Under the pieces are notes generated by a model. It saw only the letters and a program-made list of their open reading frames with translations, did no database searches and had not been told where the DNA came from. From Pelomyxa schiedti (taxonomy: Eukaryota > Protista > Evosea): DNA of 64,000 nt. The position numbers and the translations under genes were made by a program. Of this stretch, positions 54,752-64,000 are shown piece by piece. The stretch lies in contig JAHLWZ010000423.1 in assembly GCA_020536535.1 (NCBI GenBank), positions 187,840 to 251,839 on the forward strand, read 5' to 3'. How positions within the stretch are numbered: position 1 is the first letter of the stretch; each line of letters opens with the position of its first letter.

Positions 54752-57700
54752 ATGGGGAACGCCACGTCGCAAGACATCAACCACGAGGGTGAGCGGCACC
54801 GCGACGGCGACGGGGTGAAGCAAGACTACGGGAAGGCCTTGGCCCTGTTCAAACGAGCCGCGGCGGGGGGCAGCGGCGAGGCCCTAAACAACCTCGCTCT
54901 GATGTACCTCAACGGGCAGGGCGTGCCCAGCGACCCCTCCCGCGCCGCGGCCCTCTTCCAGGGCGCCTGCGACGCGGGCTGCCTCGACGCGATGTACCAC
55001 CTCGCCTGCCGCCACGCGGAGGCGGGGGCCATGGCCGCCGCCGCGGCCCTCGTGTGGCGGGCCTCGTGCTGCGGCGCCGGGCCCGAGGCCGTGCGCGCCC
55101 ACTCCCGCAGGGTCTACGACGCCGTGGGGGGCCGCGACCCGGGGCGGTGCGCGGAGCTGCTTCGGCAGGTGCTGGACGGCGGCGGGGGCTGCGCAGGGGA
55201 AACCGCCTCGCTCGCGGCGTGCTACCTCGCGGCGCTGCACCTGGCGGGAGGGGGCAAGGGCGGGGTGCCCAGGGACGGGGCGCGGGCCGCGGCGCTGCTG
55301 CAGCGGGCCGTGGACGGGGGCAGCGCCGAGGCCATGAACGCCCTGGGGATATTGTACGAGCGGGGGAGCCGGGGCTACGGAATCCCGCCGGAGATCGACA
55401 GGGCGGTGGGGCTCTACCAGAGGGCGGTGGATTCCGGAAGCACTTCCGCGCTGATCAGCCTCGCGTGGTGCTACAGGGATGGGCTGGGAGTGCAGCGAGA
55501 TGTGGGCAAGGCGGTGTCATTGTTTCAGACCGCCGTGGACCGCGGCGACCTGTGGGCTCTCAATGGCCTTGGGTGGTGCTACACATGTGGGGGTGAGGGC
55601 GTGAAGAGGGACTACAACACAGCGGCATCGCTGTTTCAGAGGGCTGCTGATGCCAGTTGCCCTGGGACTGGCCTGGGGTGGTGCTTACAACGTGGGTGGG
55701 GTGTGGAAAGGTGCACAATCAAAGCGGCTTCACTTTATGAAAAGGGTGTTTCTGCTGGAGAGCAGGGTTCTGTGTGGGGTGGTGGCGGGGAGAGGGGAGG
55801 AAGGGGACCCCTCGCAAAACCGGGTTTCACAGTGTTTCTGGGTTTTTGTTTGGAAAATGGTGAAGGTCTGGCTCAGGACACAGCCAAAGCACTTTCACTT
55901 TACAACGCGGCTGCAGAAAATGGAGAGTCCTTTGCCTTTGCCCACCTAGCCCTGAACTTGTTGCAAGAAGGTGGTAGCAGAGAAGCCAGTGCGGCAGTGT
56001 CACTTCTCAGGAGGGGTGTTGACTTTGGAGACCCCAAGGCGATGTTTCACCTTGGGATGTGCTTCAAAGATGGTGTTGGCGTTTCTCAAGATAAGTCTGA
56101 GGCATTTCACCTGCTCCAAAGGGCTGCAGGCCTCGGACATAAAGAGCCTTCAAAAATCCTCGCAACTCTGCCTCCACCATGCCTTCCGCCAAAACCATCC
56201 AAGACAGCGCCTAAACTTACTCCATGCACATCCACACAGGAGGTACTACAAATTCAAGAGCAGTCAATTCGAACCAAAACAACATCACCTGCGGCACCAC
56301 AGTTGCTATCAACACGTACACCCACTCCAACAACACAAAACGCAGAGACTGCAACTAAGGGAGCAGACACAACTTCCTCAAATCCTTCCAAACCCTCAAT
56401 TTTGGCCACACTTGCGCAAGATATTCTAAGCAGAGCACAAGAAGGCGATAATGACAATGACAGTGCCAACCCACAGAGTCAAATATCCAACATGGAACAA
56501 GTATGTCTCTGGCTTGGGTCCCTTGGCATCGATGAAGAGAGTTTGAATGTCATCAAAAACAATAAACTTGTGAACTATTCAGTGCAACAGTTGTGCAATC
56601 TTGGCATGGTTGGTGATGCAGAACTAGGGAAACTCATTGTGGAGGAGGTGCAAGCAAACCTGGCAAACCAACAAGAAGAAGAACCCCCACGTCAGCGGGA
56701 ATTTTTTGGTTCCACACAGCCACTTGCTGAGATGAATTACAAGTGCTTTGCATTCGTTGTTGGGAACGGATCATATTCTCAGTGTCCACTCACAAACACC
56801 ATCAACGATGCGCAGGCGATTGCTCAGGTTTATCTCTCAAACTTGGTTTTCTCCATTTTGTTCACTTTCTTTCACCAGCTACTCGAAACTAGATGCAAGT
56901 TCGAAGTCACATGCCACACAAACTTTCCAACACTCAAAGAATTCATCATTGCCCTGGAGGAATTCAAGAAAAAACTTAAGCAAGCCAAAAAGGCAAACAA
57001 TAAGGTAACCAATAAAGAAAATCACATCCCAAGTCATCTCATCCTGTTCTCCATTTGTCAGGTAGCAAGCATTTTCTACTTTGCCGGACATGGAAGGCAA
57101 CTGAAGGGGCACAACTTCCTGCTAATGACCAGTGACGAGTCTGCCTTCACCGAAAAAAATTTTGAGCAACTGAGGATTGCAGCACCCATGCTTGGGTCTG
57201 TTTTGGATGGAATCAAGAACTACTCTGATTTGACAATTGGAATTATGGATGCTTGCCGCCAATCTGATAGAAATGACGGACCCGAGGAGTTCCGGGTATT
57301 CCCCCTTTCATTTTTATTCACAACCAGCATGCCCACTCACTAACACAATTTTCAGACACGTGGATTTGGGCCAAAAGGAGGAGAACATTTGACTAAAGAG
57401 GATTTTCCTGTTGGCTGCATTGTTGTCTACCCCACTGGCCCAGGTTCGTTTCTTTTCTAAGTTTTCTCACACCTCCCACCTAATTAATAATATTTGTACA
57501 GGGGAGCTGACGGGTGACTCTTGCACTATCCCTCACAGGAAGGATCATGGATTTTTCACTGGGTGTTTTCTTGAGGGTGTGTTCCCCTTTCCAAAGAAGA
57601 AAAAAAATCAACACTACCCAAAGCAATGGATCTCGCCAGACCAGGGACACCCTTCACTGATATTATTGATGATATAATTGTGATGGTCCAGGGATTGTCT

Positions 57701-57760
57701 GATGGTAAGCAGAGCCCCTGGCTCTCAAAGAGTGTTGGAACCAGATTTTCTCTATTCTAA
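54752..57760 (+). CDS. Sel1-repeat protein with C-terminal caspase-like (peptidase C14, paracaspase-type) domain; N-myristoylation motif
   Basis: Starts MGNATS. About 10 Sel1 repeats (QDYGKALALFKRAA..G..EA.NNLA.MY..G.GV). SAM-like VCLWLGSLGI. Caspase-like AFVVGNGSY...L.N..NDA; FYFAGHG (His); IMDACR (Cys); FFTGCFL; final exon ...DGKQSPWLSKSVGTRFSLF*. Confidence 0.87.
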
Positions 57761-58057
57761 GTTGAATACTGGATACCCTGAGCCTATCAGATTGTGAAAC
57801 TTTAAAACCTCCTGACTTAGTCACAGAGCTCCTGAACACAGTCCAAATTCTCATCTAAACCCTCTGTTAGTCAATGCCATGACTTGTTGTCATTCTTGTT
57901 ATGTTAGGAAACCCACAAGAAAATGAGTCCTCTTTGGCATAAATGAACAATTTCCTTTTGAGTTCACGCACGTTTTTTTTCTTTGGCATTCTCACTTCCC
58001 TGCTCTGCTGTCACCAGATCTCGGTTTTTTTCCGCACTTTCTCATCATAAAATTTTG

Positions 58058-59462
58058 ATGGGGTTGCTGGCTGACCCCGTGCGTGCGGCAAGGTTGTCGA
58101 CTTTAGTTGCGAGCACTTTGTCTCTGATAGCATCTGCTGCGACTGTTGTGTTCTACTGTTTGCCCTCGGGGAAGTTAACTGGCAAGAACGTGACAACAAA
58201 CAATGACCCCGCGAGGAGGCATAGCCCTTTCTTAAACATACAACATCGCTTGCTTTTAGTGGGCGTTGCTAATCTATTGTCAAAGGACAACACACACTGG
58301 TAATAAAATTGTAGCACGACTAGTTTTCTGTATGCAGACAGCAGATATGTTTTCATCCCTCTTTATGATAGCGTCTACTGTTATGCTTCTTTGGTTTCCC
58401 GAGCAGTATGCGAACAATTTCTAATAACTCGGTAATAAAGGGAAAAAAGATACTCACTTGGTTGTTGTGTCAGCTTACGCGCAGCAATTCAGGTTATGGT
58501 TTTGTCCAGTTTCGCATGGTCGACTGCTGTTGCATTCTATGTATTCAGGGACACCTCTTTTGCTGTTGGTGAGGTAGGACTCTCTCGTGACGTTAGGAGA
58601 AGCTTTTTACCAAATACTCACGTACCCTCACCTGCAAACAGACAGATATAGTAGCAACAGTTATTTATTCCAAAAGTTGTTCGATACTTCCTTGTGTCGG
58701 AAGATGGAATGCTGAATTCATTATTCTGAATGTTGTTATATGGGGGTTAACAGTGGCCTCTTCCATATACCTTGTTGCATCTGGTAACTTTATCGCGGAT
58801 GCAACGGGCTGGTATTTTCCGCTACATATACTCTCTACACTGACATTCACAGGTGCCACCCTGAATTGTTGCTACAGTGGATACTTTGGTACGCCCCGAT
58901 GATCATAGTTTTCTTGGTCAATTTAGTTCTGTACCTGCTTGTACTTCGAGCAATCAACAAAGTTTTCCGACATTTCAACTCTGAAGCATCAAAACTAAGG
59001 TAGGGACTCCCAAAATCAATCTCAGAGGGTGAAGGCCATTTAATATTAATGGTATTAGCTTACCTCTTTTGGTTCAAGACACGCCGTGAATCCTAAGATT
59101 ATTCTGTACTCAATGGTTATACCACTGTGCTGGGGATTCAGCCTAGCAAACCACATACAAATGACCGTCGATCCGACCCTGCAGTGGGTGTGGTTGTGGA
59201 TCTTGGGAGATGTAGCAGCCCCGCTCCACGGTACAGGGCGTATCTACTGTGAAGTCTCTAAAATTAATTATTAGGGTTTTTCAATTTTTGGGTGTACAGC
59301 ACAACGTCAAGTATTGTCAAATTTCCCTGTGGCCGGCACAAGGAAACCCCCACTGCTGATTCTACCCCTTTCCTCCCTGGTGAGATGGTAGGTGACAGCA
59401 GACCAATATTCCATGAGTCAGGAGACCTAGCCAGCCGTATTGTGTATGACTATGAACCATAA
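58058..59462 (+). CDS. 7TM GPCR of the cAMP-receptor-like (CAR/Crl/GCR1) class
   Basis: Spliced TM segments: STLSLIASAATVVFY; C.SLRAAIQVMVLSSFAWSTAVAFYV; NVVIWGL...IYL; GWC; LWYAPMIIVFLVNLVLY; ILYSMVIPLCWGFSLAN; APLHGFFNFWVY. Confidence 0.8.
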
Positions 59463-59961
59463 ACTTCTTTGTTTAAACTGTAGAGTTTCTAAAACTTTTT
59501 TTTTTTGGTTGATTCAACTTGTCATTGTGTAATGGTAAGAGCCATAAGCCAGGGCACAGCTGCACATTGAAGGCTGACTTCTGTGGAATTGGATTGTGCA
59601 AGAGGTGGCAACAGTCTTCCCAGCCTCATATTAATCACCAGTGGGGGTGATTCATATCCCTTACTTTTGTGCTTAGAGACCAAACAGTGCGGCACGTGGT
59701 TTCCACGCACGTGGCGCGCCGTCAGGGTAGGAGACGACCACTCATGAGCGCTGTTTTTGGCCCCTTTCGCTGATAGAATAGAGCGTTGTTATGCTCTATC
59801 ACAATATTGTAGAGCGGAAAAAAGTCAAGAGAGAACCCAGTACCGGCAGAAGAGGGGCATACACACAGCACGTAATTTGGGAGTGCAGTTTGGAGCGGTC
59901 CCAGTGGGTGCATTTGGAGTTTGGTGCCTCCACGGCTTTTGAAACTCAAACTGCCTGTAGT

Positions 59962-60010
59962 GCATATCTGGAGCCCAAGGGCGGTCATTTTACATAGAGG
60001 AAAAACCACA
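59962..60010 (+). repeat. Left TIR GCATATCTGGAGCCCAAGGGCGGTCATTTTACATAGAGGAAAAACCACA
   Basis: Inverted copy at 63827-63875 with 1 mismatch. Confidence 0.92.
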
Positions 60011-60221
60011 TGATGTAATTTAGGGGCGGTCACCTATCATTTCCTGTGTAAAATGACCACCCTGGGGCGGTCATTTTACACTTTGTATCCTGCAGTCAAA
60101 AACTCCAACCAGAGGTCCCACAGAGTGTTAAACAGGTTAAAAAAGTGTTTCCCCGCATTTTCCATCGGTCATCAGTTCTCAGAAAAAACTCCGAGCGAAA
60201 CTGTGGTGCCGGTTGGTGGCA

Positions 60222-63200
60222 ATGAAGTCCGAAAACGAACCCCCGAAGCACAGGCACAACACACGCAAAACCTCACTACACCATTCAACTCTTGCAGTTT
60301 CACCAATGTGTGTTACACCATGCAACACAACAGCACCTCCTCCTCCACGAATTTTAGCAGTGAATGAACATCCTCAACAGCTCCATGTTCCACAAGTTGG
60401 TGGTAAGTCTGGTCCCCTTGATGCAACAATCAATGAGTGTTCAGAGGACTTTGCTGTTCCTGTTTCATCACAAGACAACATCACACCTATTGTGGTGTCA
60501 GACTCCCCCCCTCAAAGTGCTATTGTTGATACAATCTTGCCTGTATGTTCATCCACACCAGATGAACATGGAGTGCCAACCCCCACATCTGTTACCTCAA
60601 CTGAGGTCACACCCACAACATGTTCTTCTTCTTTCCTGAATGACAACACATCAGTGCCTGTGCTCCCACATGATACTCTCACAGAGCTACAAGTAAACAC
60701 ATCAGGCCCATGTGCCATGTCCACAACAAATGACTTTTTGGCTGAACCACAACAAAACACTGGTTCACATGTATGTCTTCTCCCCCAATGTGATCTTCTT
60801 AAAATGTAATAGACTTCAATATCTGGTTCACCCACTTCTTCCTGTACAACAGTGTCACAACCACGAAGAACCAAGTCGAAAGTTGAAGGTTGTGTGGGAA
60901 CAAAACTTTCCCTTACATTTTTTTAGGTTGTATGGATGTAATCAACCATTCTTTTGCATTTGAACAATGTGCCCCAGAGGAAAAATTGCTGCTCTCCAAG
61001 TGGAAGGACCTCAACAGTGAGGAACTGAATTCAATTCTTGAATTTTGTGAAGGACATCCAAAAGTAAGCTTAATGTCATCACATCTCAAGCTTCTCAGGC
61101 AAGAAATTGAGGAAAGAAAGATTGAAGTCTTGAAACAGGAGAAACAACAAAGTAGACAACAACAAAAACAAAGCCTGTTCATACACTGTTGAAAAGGGGT
61201 TTGTATGGCAAGGGGAGGGTTGTGGGCAGCCTGTTGATGGGGTGTTAATTTGGGATGCTGCAAAAGCTGAGAACACAAAAACCACCAAGTATTTTATTCA
61301 TCTTGAATGAATGGATGGATACATTTGGGTGTAGGTATTTGTGTTGGGGTTTTTGTATATTTGTATTGGGATTCTTGGTATTTTTTGTATAGAAATGAGG
61401 TGACTTGGTGTGTGTTTATAAAGGAAGGGAAAGGTCTTGGGTATCTCAATGATCTTTCTGTGAACTTGATTTCCGAACTTGGTAAGTGATGACTCAGCCT
61501 CCAAGTCTCCAGTCTCGAGTCTCGTGAGTGTGCCTTGTGCACAGTTTGCCTGTGTGTTCACAGAATCACACACAAGAAGTAAGTAATGGCAAAAACCTTG
61601 GGGTGCATCCTGATTGTTGTCTTTGTACCAATTGACAACATTCAATCCATCTCACCAACCAACCCAGAAGATGTACAAGTTTGTCTAGATATAGCTGTGG
61701 GTCTTTGTGAGGCCAGCAGTGCCCGCATCCACAAAGAGAGGTCTGTTTCAGGGGTGACTCAACCAAAAGCTTCAAAAATACCCAAAACCTCCAAAACAAC
61801 TCCATCTTCTCAAACTGATGCCCCCACTGTCATTGCACTTGGTTCTACATCACATACCCCCCAAAGTGCATCTTCTGCACCTGTGTCACTCAGCCAAGCA
61901 TTGACTGAAAGACAAAACCAAGGTGGAAATGCAAGGATTGCTATGACCGCTATGCAGGTAACACAGGCACTTGCCACACAATCTGTTGTAAGTGAGCTGT
62001 TTTTTAAATGCTTTGGTCGACACAACTCCAAGAGACTGTGGCTGCCTTGAGAGCTGAGAGCAAGGCACAGCTTCAATGCATACATGAACAACACAGAAGC
62101 TGCTTTGGAAGCACAAGCAAGAGAAACAAGAGATGGAAAAGAAGCATCAAGCTGACATTGACCATCTCAAAGAAGAGTGTTGGAAAGAGAAGGAAGCTGC
62201 AGTGACATTCAACCAAAGTATGAATGAGAAGAGTTAAATCTTGTTTTGAGTCTTCTTAATAAAAAAACTTAAGTTTGATTTGTAGGCTCTTCCAATGTTT
62301 CTTTATGCACATTGTCACCCTCAAAGCAAGTAAAAGTGCTTCCAAGTGGCACTTGGGAAGACTACTGTGGGAGATCTGCAAGGGAGAAGGAGGAGAGGAC
62401 TCATTTATTGGAACATTGCACTTATGTGAAGCTTCACATGAACTTGTCTCACTCTGAGTGGCATCTGCTGTGCTCATTGCTGCACATTCCTGAAAGAAAA
62501 AAGGCCATTTTACAATGCATGAAACAACACTGCTCTTGGGCACAAGTTTCCCCAATGAGGAATGGCTTCAATGGTGCCTATGCTTCATGTTATGCAGTGT
62601 TTCAGTCATTGGTGGAAAGAGCCACCAAGCAGCATCTGTGGGACTTACATGGTCTGAATCACATCTTAGTCAAGGGGTTCATTGATGGCAGGCAGCTGTG
62701 GGGTAAAAATCTCTTCTATGGGATGAGTTTAGCATCTGTTTCACACCCACAACACCATTCCTGTTTTGGAACAGTGGCTGTGCTCAAGGTGGAGAGAGTT
62801 GGCAATGAGGGTTTTCTGTGTGATGTGGAAGAGTTGCCTTATTTCTTGCAGGAAGGTGCTCCTTCTTTCTTGTTGTTGTTGTGTTGACTGGATGCAAGCT
62901 GTTCCCTTGACCCACAATTGTGCACAACCAAATGCTTCAGAGAGGCAAGGAAACATTGAAGACAAACAGATCGCACAAGAGATGGCTGTACATTCTCTGT
63001 GGCTGATAAGCTTGGCAAGTGGCTATTGGACATTTGGAAATTTGCATTGTTTCACCAATCTTGTCTTGAACTTGTTAAAAGCCTGCCTTGAGTGGTTGCA
63101 AGGAATTCACTGTTCATCTCTTGCTGCAGCTCTATTGCAGGCAGTATCTTCTCAGGCTTCTAATTGGCCAAAAAAGACCTTTCAAGCCAATGTGGCAAAG

Positions 63201-63491
63201 AAACTGCTGGCCAGCTGCAGCTTACAGTATGTTTGTGATGAAAGAAGCACAGACACTTCTGTTGAACTCAGGCAGCAGGTGCAAGTGCAATGGAGGTCCA
63301 ATGATACTCATTGCTCCTCAGTTGAGAGCATCTTTCACACATTGCTGGATGTGTTGAACTTCACTTACAAATGGTTGTTCATTGAAGAGTTGACTGATAC
63401 ATTGCTTCAACAGTGGAAAGATACTCGTGACAATATTTTAGCTCTCTCTGCTTTATTTTCAAAAATCACCCCACTCAAACATAATAGGTAA
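60222..63491 (+). pseudogene. Intron-containing, probably decayed DDE transposase gene (Transib/RAG1-like core)
   Basis: YVKLHMNLSHSEWHLL; HILVKGFIDGR; GNLHCFTNL; TFQANVAKKLL; FSKITP. Compare RAG1 LAIRVNTFLSCSQY, VVVKESCDGM, ALHCDIG, MNGNFARKLM, KITNYFH. There is a frame break near 62860-62890, a stop at 63491, and no clear third catalytic Glu. Confidence 0.6.
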
Positions 63492-63826
63492 CCCAGACTG
63501 ACAGGCAGGTCCAGGAGAATACATGTGGCAGAAGGACTGGCATCCACCTCACCTCCACACCCACCACCCTCTTGCCCTTGCACACCCCACTCTATCTCAC
63601 ATCTGTGCTCTGTGCCACTGCTGTGCTCCTCTACCCTCACCCCTGTGCCCTGGCCTGATGCCCATTTTGTACATCAGGCAAAAAAAAATTTTTTTTTTAA
63701 GTTATATGAGTACCACGAGCTCCGTAAGGATTGAGGCAGAAGGAAGAAAATAATTAAGAGATTAAAAGGAAAAAATTGTCAAACGACCGCCCCCAAAACG
63801 ATGCGGCGGTCATTTTACAATTTTCC

Positions 63827-63875
63827 TGTGGTTTTTCCTCTATGTAAAATGACCGCCCCTGGGCTCCAGATATGC
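63827..63875 (-). repeat. Right TIR
   Basis: Reverse complement of 59962-60010. Confidence 0.92.
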
Positions 63876-64000
63876 CCCCACCTGTCACCGTTTGTGCGCA
63901 GCCTGCTCATAAGATGTAAGAAAGTAAGGCCTCAGCGAGCACTATTTGAGACACTTTAACAGTGGGCCATGGGACACAGTTTATTCCTTAGTACAACTGC

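Larger units (their letters stand above)
59962..63875 (+). mobile_element. 3.9-kb DNA transposon with 49-bp TIRs and subterminal repeat motifs; decayed Transib/RAG1-like transposase
   Basis: 59962-60010 is the reverse complement of 63827-63875 at 48/49 positions. The GGGGCGGTCATTTTAC motif is repeated near both ends. Internal ORFs carry transposase-like motifs. The target-site duplication (TSD) is not unambiguous. Confidence 0.8.

Noticed and set aside
59951-59961. 8-9 bp TSD (hAT/Mutator type) for the TIR element
   Set aside because: The left flank (CTGCCTGTAGT) and right flank (CCCCACCTGTC) do not form a direct repeat. Only the palindromic ATAT interpretation remains.

Overview
Compact, gene-dense eukaryotic (protist) genomic DNA with many short GT-AG introns (mostly about 30-60 nt) and very short intergenic spacers. 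Gene content and style suggest an amoebozoan, possibly an archamoeba such as Pelomyxa; this is inference and not demonstrated. About 21 protein-coding genes were reconstructed by eye. Recognisable genes: UTP10/HEATR1 (runs off the left edge), a CEP350-like protein, an FBXW5-like F-box/WD40 protein, SEC23, a FYV7/CCDC59-like protein, POLD1, TPR/MLP1, a RIOK3-like kinase, a MATH-BTB protein, a SHIP-like inositol 5-phosphatase, a Ras GTPase and a cAMP-receptor-like GPCR. Most unusual elements: (1) a Cys-less pentameric ligand-gated ion channel apparently fused to a degenerate PCMT-like methyltransferase domain and a SAM domain; (2) a 3.9-kb element bounded by terminal inverted repeats (TIRs), with a decayed Transib/RAG1-like transposase and extreme CpG depletion; (3) an apparently intact stand-alone PRP8 C-terminal (RNase H + Jab1/MPN) paralog; (4) a myristoylation-motif Sel1-repeat/caspase-like protease; (5) a Crinkler-type NTPase + restriction-endonuclease-fold (REase) gene; (6) an intron-containing pogo/CENP-B-type helix-turn-helix (HTH) gene lacking a DDE domain. 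All exon structures and domain calls come from manual motif reading, not database searches, and gene coordinates span introns.
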